Assembly (NCBI GenBank): GCA_964576115.1
Contig: CAZNUA010000034.1
Coordinates: 1 to 37,806, forward strand
Direction: 5' to 3'
Length of the DNA: 37,806 bases
From: an uncultured Gemmatimonadota bacterium
Lineage (GTDB): Bacteria; Blakebacterota; Blakebacteria; Blakebacterales; Blakebacteraceae
The notes under the pieces are model-generated. The model saw nothing but the letters and a program-made list of their open reading frames with translations, made no database searches and was not told the origin of the DNA. Each line of letters begins with the position of its first letter. Position 1 is the stretch's first letter. Shown one piece after another: positions 9,904-19,262 of the stretch. A program made the position numbers and the translations under genes.

Positions 9904-10716
9904 TTCGATCCGGCGGTGCGCGTCATCACCTTCCGGCGCAATTTCGGCAAGGCGGCCGCTCTCGACGCCGCTTTCCGCCGCACCCGCGGCCGTTATGTGG
10001 CGACCATCGATGCCGATCTGCAGGACGACCCCGCCGAAATTCCCCTGCTGATCGACTATCTCGAACGGTCGGATCTCGATCTTGTCAACGGCTGGAAAAA
10101 GGTCCGGCGCGATCCGCTGACCAAGCGCATCCCCTCGAAATTCTGGAACCTCCTGACCCGGATCATCAGCGGGCTCCGGCTCCACGACTTCAACTGCGGG
10201 CTCAAACTCTATCGGCGCGAAGTCGTCAAGGCCCTGCGGGTGCACGGCGATCTGCACCGCTACCTGCCCGTCCTGGCTCACTGGGCCGGTTTCCGGGTGG
10301 GCGAGAAACCGGTCAACCACCGGCCCCGCCGCTTCGGCCGGACCAAGTACGCCGGACCGGGCCGGTTCGTGCGCGGTTTTCTCGACCTCATGACGGTCAA
10401 ATTTCTGAACCGGTACGTTTCCAGTCCGCTGCACTTCTTCGGCCTTTTCGGACTGCTGCTTCTGACCGTCGGGGTGGTCCTGAACCTCATCCTGCTCTGG
10501 GAGAAGATCCAGGGCCACGGGATCGGCGATCGCCCTCTGCTCTTCCTGGCCGTCATGCTGGTGATCGTCGGGATCCAGTTCATCTCCTTCGGCCTGCTCG
10601 GCGAGATGATGGCCCGCGAACCGCAGGAGGGCCAGACCTACCAGGTGGAGAACCTCTGGGGCTTCGAGTCCGGGTCGAATTCCGATCCGCACGGGGAGAC
10701 GGACCGCGCTCCATGA
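9904..10716 (+). CDS. ArnC/GtrB-like polyprenol-phosphate glycosyltransferase (GT2), 5' end lost in gap
   Basis: RRNFGKAAAL, TIDADLQDDP, HDFNCGLKLYR, LHRYLP and two C-terminal TM helices. Confidence 0.9.
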   Translation, partial: FDPAVRVITFRRNFGKAAALDAAFRRTRGRYVATIDADLQDDPAEIPLLIDYLERSDLDLVNGWKKVRRDPLTKRIPSKFWNLLTRIISGLRLHDFNCGLKLYRREVVKALRVHGDLHRYLPVLAHWAGFRVGEKPVNHRPRRFGRTKYAGPGRFVRGFLDLMTVKFLNRYVSSPLHFFGLFGLLLLTVGVVLNLILLWEKIQGHGIGDRPLLFLAVMLVIVGIQFISFGLLGEMMAREPQEGQTYQVENLWGFESGSNSDPHGETDRAP

Positions 10717-11855
10717 GGATCGTCTCGATCGGTCCCGCTCCTCCCTGGCGGGGAGGTATCGCCCATTACCATCTGGCCCTGACCCGCGCCCTCGAGGACC
10801 GCGGTCTCGAGGTCGCCGTGCTGAATTTCGGACGTCTCTATCCCCGGCTCTTCTTCCCGGGCACTTCGCCCGTCGATCGGGCCGAGGGGGCGGCTTCCGC
10901 TCTCGGGGAACAGATCCTGTATCCCTGCCGTCCCCTGAGCTGGCGCCGGTCCGCACACTGGGTCCGATCCCGCGATCCCGACGCCGTTCTGGTGCACTGG
11001 TTCAATCCCTTCTTCGCTCCGGCCTGCCGGGGGGTGCTGGCCCGATTGCAGGGCTCCTCGGAACGCCGCCCGACGGTCGGCGTCATCTGTCATAACGTCC
11101 GGGCCCACGAGCGGCTCCCCGGGAGCCGGCTGCTGACCCGGATGCTGTTGCGGCGGGGCGATTTCTTCATCACCGGGGGAAACGTTCTGGCCTCCGAGAT
11201 CGCCCGCCTGGTTCCCGGCGCCCCGGTCGAGGTCGTTCCCCATCCCCGCTACGACCTGCCCTGGACCCGTTCCCTGCCGTCCCGCGACGAGGCCCGCCGC
11301 CGGCTGGCCCTGCCCCTGGAGGGTCCGGTATTTCTCTCCTTCGGCCTCATCCGGGCCTACAAGGGGCTCGAAACGTTCCTCGAGGCCCTGGCTCTGCTCC
11401 CCTCCGGGGAGCCGTGGTACGCTCTGATCGCGGGGGAGTTCTATGTCGATCGCGAGCCGTATGAGCGGCAGGTCGAGCGGCTCGGTCTCGCCGGACGGGT
11501 CCGGATCGAGGACCGCTACATCCCCAATCCCGAGGTGCCGACCTATTTCGCCGCCTCCGACGTCTGCGTGCTTCCCTTCCATCACGCCACCCAGAGCGGA
11601 GTGGCTGCTTTGAGCGTGGCGCTGCGGCGCCCGGTTCTCACCACCAGGGTCGGCGCTCTGAACGAGGCGATCACCGAGGGGCGCGAGGGCTGGCTGGTGG
11701 AGCCGCGCGATCCGGTGGCCCTGGCCGAACGCCTGGCGGCGATCATCCGCGATCCCGACTCGGCCCGGCTGCCGGTCTGTGAGGGCCTCAGCGGCCTGCC
11801 CGGTTGGGACGATCTGGCCGCGGTCGTCGAGCGCCTGGCGGCGGGTCCGGGGTAA
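10713..11855 (+). CDS. Family 4 (GT-B) glycosyltransferase
   Basis: ATGA overlap; GPAPPWRGGIAHY, FGLIRAYKGL, YFAASDVCVLPF..ATQSGV, PVLTTRVG. Confidence 0.92.
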   Translation: MRIVSIGPAPPWRGGIAHYHLALTRALEDRGLEVAVLNFGRLYPRLFFPGTSPVDRAEGAASALGEQILYPCRPLSWRRSAHWVRSRDPDAVLVHWFNPFFAPACRGVLARLQGSSERRPTVGVICHNVRAHERLPGSRLLTRMLLRRGDFFITGGNVLASEIARLVPGAPVEVVPHPRYDLPWTRSLPSRDEARRRLALPLEGPVFLSFGLIRAYKGLETFLEALALLPSGEPWYALIAGEFYVDREPYERQVERLGLAGRVRIEDRYIPNPEVPTYFAASDVCVLPFHHATQSGVAALSVALRRPVLTTRVGALNEAITEGREGWLVEPRDPVALAERLAAIIRDPDSARLPVCEGLSGLPGWDDLAAVVERLAAGPG

Positions 11856-11872
11856 GCGCCGCCGGTTCGGTC

Positions 11873-12970
11873 ATGATCGATCCCGGAACGCCCTCGCTCA
11901 CCGTCGGACTCCTGGCCCGATTCTCTCCTGCAGAGCTCGAACGTACCTTGGGAGCGATCGCAAGCCAGCTCACCCGTGCCGACGAACTCCTGGTCGTACC
12001 GCTCGCAGGACTGACCGGGCCGGACGAAGCCGCCGTCCGGGTCGAGGAAAGCCGGATCGTCGGGGGAGTAAGCAAGCGGATCGCGCTTCTCTCCGGCAGC
12101 GGCCCGGGAGTGGTCTTGGACCGATCAGCTGCGGTGGTGCCGGCCTCCTCGCCGGCGGTGGCCTTCAATGCCGTTCTCGCCGCCGCCTCGGGTGAGGTGG
12201 TGGCCTTTCTCGACGACGGCGTCGTTCCCGTACCCGGCTGGCTCGAATCACTCCGGTTCGCGTTCCGCAATCCCGGCACCGACGCCGTGGCCGGGGCTCT
12301 CGATCGTCAACCCGACCCTTATGAGAAAACCCGTCGTCCGGGGGGACGGTTGCGCTGGACAGGGCACCTGGCCGGAGATTTCACCGCTCTGCGCGGAGGT
12401 GTGACCTCGCTGGTGCCGCCCGTCAACTTCGCCCTGCGGCGCGCCCGGGTGCTCGAGGCCGGCGGCTTCGATACGGGCTTTACCGCTGCCTGGCCGCTGG
12501 TCGAGGTTGAACTGCTGGTGCGGTTGGGCAAGGGGGGCTCGCGTTTCCGCTATCTGCCCTCGGCCCGGGCCGTGAGCTCACGGCCCGAACGGGCCCTGCA
12601 CGCACGGTCCGGATCGACCGCCGGGGACTCCGGTACTGACTCAGGGTTCGACCGTTCCGCAATCGATGAATCCGCCGGCGGTCACACAGACGATGAACCC
12701 GCGGGCGGTCCCGCGGCCGAACTCGAACAGCGGATTGCGGTTCTGCGCAGTCTGGCGGCGGTCTTTGCCCGTCACGAGTCGTGGGCCGTGCCGATCATGT
12801 TTGCCAGCCAGCTGCTGCAGGCTGTCATAGAAGTCGCCGCCCGGCGCCTGCCCCCCGAAGCGCCCGGTCATCTCAGTGCCGCCATCCGGGAGGGGCTCCG
12901 GCTCGGCGGCCGGCCGGCGGCCGGCACGTCTGCCGGGATGGCAGACAGTGCGAGAGAGGAGCACGAGTGA
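11873..12970 (+). CDS. Divergent family 2 glycosyltransferase (degenerate active-site motifs)
   Basis: EVVAFLDDG, NFALRR..EAGGFD; visibly paralogous to 18216-19262. Confidence 0.75.
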   Translation: MIDPGTPSLTVGLLARFSPAELERTLGAIASQLTRADELLVVPLAGLTGPDEAAVRVEESRIVGGVSKRIALLSGSGPGVVLDRSAAVVPASSPAVAFNAVLAAASGEVVAFLDDGVVPVPGWLESLRFAFRNPGTDAVAGALDRQPDPYEKTRRPGGRLRWTGHLAGDFTALRGGVTSLVPPVNFALRRARVLEAGGFDTGFTAAWPLVEVELLVRLGKGGSRFRYLPSARAVSSRPERALHARSGSTAGDSGTDSGFDRSAIDESAGGHTDDEPAGGPAAELEQRIAVLRSLAAVFARHESWAVPIMFASQLLQAVIEVAARRLPPEAPGHLSAAIREGLRLGGRPAAGTSAGMADSAREEHE

Positions 12971-13815
12971 CCGATCCGCCCCCTGTCGCGGCCATCGTTC
13001 TGACCTGGAACGACCGGGAAAATCTCGAGGCCTGTCTGGAATCGCTCGGGCATCTCGATTATCCGGCCCTGGAGATCGTCGTCTCCGATAACGGCTCGAC
13101 CGACGGTTCGCTCGAGATGGTGCGCGACCGCTTCGCTGAGGTCACGCTGATCGAAAACGGCCGCAATCTGTTCTGGTCGGGTGGAAACAACGTCGGGATC
13201 GAGTACGCCCTGTCGACCGAGGCCGAGTGGATCATCCTGCTCAACAACGATATCGAGGTCGATCCGCACTTTATCACCGCCCTGGTCGAGGAAGGCGAGG
13301 CCCATCCCGAGGCGGGTCTGCTGGGACCAAAAATCTACTATGCCGATTCCCCCCGGCTGCTCTGGTACGCCGGCGGCGAGGTCAACCTCTGGAAGGGAAT
13401 GATCCGGCACCGGGGCATCCGCGAGATCGATCGGGGCCAGTACGACGAACCGGTCGAGACCGATTACGTCACCGGTTGTGCGCTGATGATGCGCCGTGAG
13501 GTGCCCGAGCTGATCGGTCTGCTCGATCCCAGCTACATCGCCTATGCCGAGGATACCGATTTCTCGCTGCGGGCGCGGGCAGCCGGGTGGACCCTGCGCT
13601 ATGTGCCCGGCGCCGTGCTCTGGCACAAGATCGGGGCCGCCTGGGGGGTCATCAGCTGGCGCAAGATCCGTCAGAAACTGCGCAGTCAGATCATCCTGCT
13701 ACGCCGCTGGGCTCCGCCCTGGGCGTGGCTGAGCACCATCCCCCTCTTCTTCCTGCTCGATGGACTCCGGATCCTCTGGCTGATCCTCACCGGACGTATC
13801 AGGGACCGGCGCTGA
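12967..13815 (+). CDS. Family 2 glycosyltransferase (rhamnosyltransferase-like)
   Basis: GTGA overlap; VLTWN, SDNGSTDGS, LLNND, DYVTGCALM, AYAEDTDFSLRA. Confidence 0.92.
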   Translation: MTDPPPVAAIVLTWNDRENLEACLESLGHLDYPALEIVVSDNGSTDGSLEMVRDRFAEVTLIENGRNLFWSGGNNVGIEYALSTEAEWIILLNNDIEVDPHFITALVEEGEAHPEAGLLGPKIYYADSPRLLWYAGGEVNLWKGMIRHRGIREIDRGQYDEPVETDYVTGCALMMRREVPELIGLLDPSYIAYAEDTDFSLRARAAGWTLRYVPGAVLWHKIGAAWGVISWRKIRQKLRSQIILLRRWAPPWAWLSTIPLFFLLDGLRILWLILTGRIRDRR

Positions 13816-13844
13816 GGCCCGGAGTCAGGGCCGTTTCTAAACGG
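13816..13844. terminator. Possible weak terminator between convergent genes
   Basis: GGCCC-N7-GGGCC followed by GTTTCT, overlapping the palindrome CCGTTT-CT-AAACGG. Confidence 0.3.
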
Positions 13845-13847
13845 GAA

Positions 13848-14801
13848 TCAGACCAGGGTCTCGAAAACCTTCATGTTGTAATAAGCGGGATTGTCGAAAT
13901 CGGCGAAGGTCTCGCGGTGCTCGATCAGGTCGCGGACGATGGCCGCAATGTCGTGCTGCGGTTCGAAACCGAGCACCTCGGCCGCCCGGGCTGTCGAGAC
14001 GCGGTAATTGCGGTAATCCCGGATGGCTTTGAATTCCAGTTCGATCGGCGTGCCGAGTTCGGTCTCGAGGGTTTCGGCGACCAGACCGGCCACCTCGCCG
14101 ACGGTATAGTTGCCGCTGGCGATATTGAAGACCCCCGAGACGGGTTCGGCGATCTCGACCGCGGTCGTATAAGCGGTTTCGACATCGCGGATGCTGATCA
14201 CGGGGCGCCAGATGTCGGGATTGTTCACCACGATCCGTCCGTCGCGTACGGCGGTCATGAACATGGTGTTCACGATCAGATCCAGCCGCATGCGGGGGCT
14301 GTAGCCGCTCACGGTCCCCTTGCGCAGGCAGATCACGCCGAATTCCTCGGTCACCATCTGCAGCACCGCCTGCTCCCCCTGCAGTTTCGAGATCCCGTAG
14401 GGATAGTCGGAGATGGCGGGATCGCTCTCGGTGAAGAGGTGGTCGACGGCATAGCCGTAGACCGAACAGGAACTGGCGTAAATGAAGCGCGGCACTCCGG
14501 CCCGGCGGGCGATATAGCCCAGGTAGGCGGGAGCGGCGGCATTGTGCACGAAGTTCATGGCCGGGGAGAGTTCGGCCATCGGGTCGTTGGACAGACCGGC
14601 CAGCCAGATGACCCGGTCATAGCCCTCCAGCTCGGCTTCGGCCAAATCCATGACGTTTTTTTCGATCCGCCCCGTTTCGGGGGGCAGGTGATCGCCGAAC
14701 CAGAACAGGTCGGCGCAGTCGACCGCGTGACCGGCCGCCAGAAGCCGCGGGATCAGGGCGCTGCCGATATAACCGCCGCCGCCGGCCACGAGGATCTTCA
14801 T
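13848..14801 (-). CDS. NAD-dependent nucleotide-sugar epimerase/dehydratase (extended SDR)
   Basis: GGGGYIGS, YASSCSVYG, YGISK (YxxxK); AGGAG 8 nt upstream of the ATG. Confidence 0.92.
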   Translation of the reverse strand: MKILVAGGGGYIGSALIPRLLAAGHAVDCADLFWFGDHLPPETGRIEKNVMDLAEAELEGYDRVIWLAGLSNDPMAELSPAMNFVHNAAAPAYLGYIARRAGVPRFIYASSCSVYGYAVDHLFTESDPAISDYPYGISKLQGEQAVLQMVTEEFGVICLRKGTVSGYSPRMRLDLIVNTMFMTAVRDGRIVVNNPDIWRPVISIRDVETAYTTAVEIAEPVSGVFNIASGNYTVGEVAGLVAETLETELGTPIELEFKAIRDYRNYRVSTARAAEVLGFEPQHDIAAIVRDLIEHRETFADFDNPAYYNMKVFETLV

Positions 14802-14907
14802 TCACTCATCTCCTGTTGTCGCCGCTTCTCTTGTCGCGCCCGGGCGCACGCGCTGCCCCGGCCAGGATTCGCCCGGACTCTGTGCCCGGGTCGGGATCAC
14901 CCACCGG

Positions 14908-15480
14908 TTACGGGGTCCAGGTTAAGGCCTGTGCTTCGGGACGATCGAGCCACTCGGCCAGGGTCTGGGCGTTGCGGTCCTTGTCGGAGAGAATCGGGTC
15001 GCTCACCGGCCAGGTGATGCCGATGGCCGGATCGGACCAGAGGATCCCCGATTCTCCGGCCTGGTTGTAGATGCCGGTGCACTTGTACTGGATCTCACCC
15101 CACTCCGAGAGCACGCAGAAACCCCGGGCGAAACCGGCCGGGGCGAAGACCTGCAGGCCGTCCCCGGCTTCCGATTCGATCCCGAACCACTCTCCCAGGG
15201 TCGGCGAGCCCGGGCGGATGTCCACCGCCATGAGGAAGGCCCGCCCCGAGGTGACCCGCATCAGCTTGGCCATCGGCGGGTCGTACTGGAAGTGCAGCCC
15301 GCGCAGGGTGTTCTGCACCGATCCCGAATGGTTGTCCTGCACGAAGGCAGTGGGCAGCCCCAGCTCGGCGAACAGGTCGGCCCGGAAAACCTCGGTGAAA
15401 AAACCGCGTTCGTCGCTGAAAACCTCGCTGCGCAGTACCACCACCCCGTTCAGATGCTCGGCTTCGATATGGACCTGCAT
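14908..15480 (-). CDS. rmlC: dTDP-4-dehydrorhamnose 3,5-epimerase
   Basis: DERGFF, FVQDNHSGS..TLRGLHFQ, VDIRPGSPT.GEW, QYKCT, DPAIGITWP..ILSDKD. Confidence 0.93.
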   Translation of the reverse strand: MQVHIEAEHLNGVVVLRSEVFSDERGFFTEVFRADLFAELGLPTAFVQDNHSGSVQNTLRGLHFQYDPPMAKLMRVTSGRAFLMAVDIRPGSPTLGEWFGIESEAGDGLQVFAPAGFARGFCVLSEWGEIQYKCTGIYNQAGESGILWSDPAIGITWPVSDPILSDKDRNAQTLAEWLDRPEAQALTWTP

Positions 15481-15684
15481 GGATGGATCTCCCTGAGAGT
15501 GACCGGTTCATTGCCTTCGAGCCAAACTAAGGATAAAGGATAACCGATTCGCCACCGGCGTCAGCATCGAATCCGGTTTCGGACATCCGGACAGGACCGA
15601 TCCGGAACGGATCATGAGCCGTTAGGCATATGGTTGGGCAGCTGACATATTCTTCCGGTCTCGATTTCACAGGAGACGTGTGTC

Positions 15685-16724
15685 ATGCCTGTTCGAAGTG
15701 CCAGCCTGTTTCTCCTGGCCGGTCTTCTGATCGCCTGCTCGCGGGAGGCCGGTCGGAGCTCGCCCGATGACCGGTCGGGCGCAGCCGCACCGCAGCTGAG
15801 TCATCCTGTTCCCTGGTATCATTACGATGAAGAGGGTCGGTACCATCTCGTCGACTCCGCTGAGCGGCGGATCGCTGTCTTCGGATCGGACGGCTCTTAC
15901 CTGTTCAGCTACGGCGGACGGGGCGGGGGTCCGGGGGAGTTCCGTTCCCTCGATTCGATCGTGATCCGGGATTCTCGGGTGACTGTTTTCGATCAGGCGC
16001 AGTACCGCTCCACGGTGTTCACCACCGCCGGCGAGCTGCTGCGCATCATTCATCCGCCGACCGGACTGGGCCGTCTGACCGGCTTCGAGGAAGGTGAGGA
16101 TCGACGGCTGATCGGTTCCTATTCACGGGTTCGGGTCGATGATGACGGTTACCGCGAGAGACGCGGCCTGGTGATTGTGACCGACCGGTTGCGATATACT
16201 CACCCCGGCACGGCTTGATCAGGAGTGTGGGTAGCGAGCCCCTGATCGAGATCTTCGATATGAGAGGAATTCTCTGCCGCCGCATTGAACTGGACCTGCG
16301 GGCCGAAGAGATCCCGCCCGATGATAAACAGGGCGTACTCGAGGGGATCAGGGCGCGTCAACGATTCGAGATCCGGGAGTATACGGATGAGATGATCGAT
16401 GAAAGTCTCGAGAATCTCCGCTTTCCCCGCCACAAGAGTTTCTGGTCGACTCTCACGGTGGATCAGAACGGGTATTTCTGGCTGCGGATCTGGGAACCGC
16501 CCCCCATGGAGGTCGGGGAGTGGAGCGCCTGTTACCGCCTGCTCAGCCCCGCCGGCGAGTATCTGGGCCTGACGCGCTGGCCCGGATCGACGGGTATGGT
16601 CGTCGGCAACCGGCTCCTGACCTGGGAGCTGAACCCCGCCACCGGCGAGCTCGAGACACCGGTGATCTACGCCATGCGGCCCCTGCCGGCCGGTTTCACC
16701 TTCCCCCAGGAACCAGCCGGATGA
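15685..16724 (+). pseudogene. Six-bladed beta-propeller lipoprotein split into two frames (15685-16218 and about 16182-16724)
   Basis: Lipobox LLIAC and GRGGGPGEF in the first frame; the C-terminal half (FPRHKSFWSTLTVDQNGYFW..YRLLSPAGEYLG) is in another frame. The architecture matches the intact neighbour 16777-17994. Confidence 0.65.
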
Positions 16725-16770
16725 ATTCGCCGGTTGTTACGACAGGCTCCTGGAAATCGCCGGCGGATTC
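16723..16770. terminator. Inverted repeat between the convergent beta-propeller genes, possible bidirectional terminator
   Basis: GAATTCGCCGG (16723-16733) pairs with CCGGCGGATTC (16760-16770), 10/11 plus one G-U; no U-tract. Confidence 0.4.
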
Positions 16771-16776
16771 TCGCCA

Positions 16777-17994
16777 TTAAGAACCGGGGCTAATCCTCAC
16801 GAGCTGATAGTACCGGATGATCGGGGTTCCGTCCCCGGCCTGGCCGGTGAAATAGACACCCTCGCGTCCGAAGAAGGAGGGGTTATCGGGCAGGTGCTGG
16901 CGGAAGAGCCAGACGCCCTCGGCATCGAAGACATTGAACCAGAATCCCGTCGGTTCTCCGACGGCATACCCGGCGGTGTAATCCTGCACCCAGAGTCGGC
17001 CCGCACCGTCCCACTGCAGGTCCCGTATGGCCGGTAACACGGGGGGAAGCCGAAGGCGGTTCAGACCTTCTTCAGACCACCCCTCGTCCACGTGCTGGTC
17101 GCGCCAGCGAGACCGCAGCTCGGCCGTGACGGCCACGGGCGAGTGGGGCAGATACAAAGCGCTGCGTTCTCCCGAATCGGGATCCAGAAACTGAATGGTG
17201 TAGTCGTCACGCTCGACCCAGGCCACCGGCAGATAGGGGGCGGAGGCGAAATCCACCGGTGCATCCCGCGCCAGAGGAGGTGCCAGATAATGATTGTCGA
17301 CGATGAACCAGGTTTGCTCATAGATACTGTCGAGGTGGGTCGTGATCGGTTGCAACTCGGAATCAAGACTCTGGATCAGGAATTCCCACCCGAATACGGT
17401 CTCATCTGCGGTGGTACTGAGGCCGCGCCCGTCAAGAGCTACCAGGCAGAAGTGCCCCCGGCTCCGGGGCAGGAGACGCAGAGTGAGAGACCCGCTCAGA
17501 TCGGGAGGAAATCGCTGCTGCTCCAGGTAGGAACCGGACCGCGAAAAACGGGACAGGCGCCGGTTGGCGCTGTCGACAACAATCAGTTCATCGGCGGTAA
17601 AGAAGACATTCCCCACTCCCCGTAATTCCCCCGGACCTTCACCGGATCGTCCGAACGAGTCGATGTACCGGCCGTCGGGTGCAAAGCGCTGGACCAGTCC
17701 GGTCTCGTTCCGGCCTCCGAAGGCCAGCAGGCCCCCGTCAGGCAGTTCGGCCACCGGACTGGCGTACCGCCAGAGATAGGTCGCCTCCGACTGATCGGTG
17801 CCGAAGATCGCCCCGGGCTCGAGGCGGTAGGGATCGAGTTCGGGTGGATCGGCTGAGCGGTACACCCGGGTCACAATGCCGTTACGCTCCTCAATCGTCC
17901 AGGCGGTATCGGCCGACCTGTTGGTACAGGCGGTCAAAACGGGTGGTATCAGGAGGATAAGAATCACCAGGGGCGGTATGGTTCGATATGTCAT
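16777..17994 (-). CDS. Six-bladed beta-propeller lipoprotein
   Basis: Signal peptide ending LTAC; FGRSGEGPGEL, VVDSANRRLSRF, WDGAGRLWVQ, FNVFDAEGVWL. Confidence 0.85.
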   Translation of the reverse strand: MTYRTIPPLVILILLIPPVLTACTNRSADTAWTIEERNGIVTRVYRSADPPELDPYRLEPGAIFGTDQSEATYLWRYASPVAELPDGGLLAFGGRNETGLVQRFAPDGRYIDSFGRSGEGPGELRGVGNVFFTADELIVVDSANRRLSRFSRSGSYLEQQRFPPDLSGSLTLRLLPRSRGHFCLVALDGRGLSTTADETVFGWEFLIQSLDSELQPITTHLDSIYEQTWFIVDNHYLAPPLARDAPVDFASAPYLPVAWVERDDYTIQFLDPDSGERSALYLPHSPVAVTAELRSRWRDQHVDEGWSEEGLNRLRLPPVLPAIRDLQWDGAGRLWVQDYTAGYAVGEPTGFWFNVFDAEGVWLFRQHLPDNPSFFGREGVYFTGQAGDGTPIIRYYQLVRISPGS

Positions 17995-18100
17995 GGTGAG
18001 TATCCTCTATCCATATCGGAGATAGAATTCAAAGAGCAGAATACTCTCTTTCCGGTCGCGAGGGAAACGACACCCCTGTCATATCCCGCCTGATTCCCCG

Positions 18101-18129
18101 TTCCTGAATCGTGTTCTGCATTGTATGCT
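18101..18129 (+). promoter_or_regulatory. Candidate sigma-70 promoter for the 18216-26778 gene run
   Basis: TTCCTG-N17-TATGCT within an AT-richer divergent intergenic region. Confidence 0.35.
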
Positions 18130-18215
18130 GATGCCTTTCGCCGGCGGCCGCCGTGATCCTCATCGTTGATCCGTCACCGGTACGGTCAGTGAACCGGAAT
18201 GGAGATCAGACCGGG

Positions 18216-19262
18216 ATGCATGCCAGCGTCGTCATACCGACCGTCGATCGACCCCGGACTCTGCGCGACTGTCTCGCCGGGGTTCTGGCTCAGCTCGAAG
18301 CGGGTGATGAAGTCATCGTGGTGGCCCAGGGTACCGGGCAACAGCGGTTCACCACGGCCGAAGCGGTGAAATCGAGCGCGGCCGAGCGCGTCCTTGCCGG
18401 AAAAAGTGTAGAACCGGAGGGAACCCCCCTCATCCGGGTCGTGGATCAGCCCGACCCGAATCTGCCCGCGGCCCGGAACCGCGGCCTGCGGGAGGCGTCG
18501 GCACCGGTGGTGGTCTTTCTCGACGACGATGCCGTACCGCTCCCGGGCTGGATCGCCGAACTGCTCCGCCCCTTCGACGAGCAGGGCGCCGACCTGGTCG
18601 CCGGGCGGCTGATCGAAGAGCCCGATCTGACCACCAATTCGCGTCGGCGTCCAGGAGCCTGGCTGACTGTGACCGGCCACACCCGACGCAACTACAACTG
18701 TCCGGTGGCCGGACCGTCGGGCCTGGCGCCGGGGGGAAACATGGCCGTGCGCCGCGAAGCGGCTCTGGCCGCTGGCGGTTTCGATGAGGAGTTGGGGACG
18801 GGCACGGCGGTCTACGAGGATACCGAGTTCGCCGAAAGGCTTCGGACCGGCGGGGCGACCGTCTGGTATGCCGGCACGGCGGCGGTGGAGCACCGGGCGG
18901 TGCGCCGTGGCGGTTGTTGGGAAGTGGCCGAAGGAGAGCGCGAAATCGACCGGGCCCGGAACATGAGTCTGATCTTTTCGCGTCACCGGCCGCTCGGCTG
19001 GCCTATCATGGCCCTGGCCTATATTGGGGCGGCGAAGTGGAAATGGCTCCGGGGCCGGTTGAGATGGCGGGATCTGACTGCGATCGCCCGGGCCCTGATG
19101 ACCGGCCGGCGGGCCGGACGCCGTCAGCCGGTGCCGCTCACGGCCGAAGCAGGGGATCCCGGGGAGAGCTCCGGAAACGCGGGACCGACGGGTGGCGATC
19201 GTACTGCGGGCGGCGAAGGTGCCGGGAGCAGTGAAGAAAGGCGGAGGCATGGGCAGGAGTAA
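18216..19262 (+). CDS. Family 2 glycosyltransferase
   Basis: SVVIPT.DR, ARNRG, VVFLDDD, GGNMAVRR..GGFDE, YEDTE; GGAG upstream of ATG 18216. Confidence 0.9.
   Translation: MHASVVIPTVDRPRTLRDCLAGVLAQLEAGDEVIVVAQGTGQQRFTTAEAVKSSAAERVLAGKSVEPEGTPLIRVVDQPDPNLPAARNRGLREASAPVVVFLDDDAVPLPGWIAELLRPFDEQGADLVAGRLIEEPDLTTNSRRRPGAWLTVTGHTRRNYNCPVAGPSGLAPGGNMAVRREAALAAGGFDEELGTGTAVYEDTEFAERLRTGGATVWYAGTAAVEHRAVRRGGCWEVAEGEREIDRARNMSLIFSRHRPLGWPIMALAYIGAAKWKWLRGRLRWRDLTAIARALMTGRRAGRRQPVPLTAEAGDPGESSGNAGPTGGDRTAGGEGAGSSEERRRHGQE

Noticed and set aside
8830-11855. Long fusion ORFs 8830-10716 and 9648-11855 in the ORF track
   Set aside because: They arise from translating through the N gap; the segments match three separate gene families.
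15604-15630. ECF-type promoter GGAAC-N17-GCATA upstream of the split beta-propeller gene
   Set aside because: No matching motif found upstream of the sigma gene itself; too short to trust.
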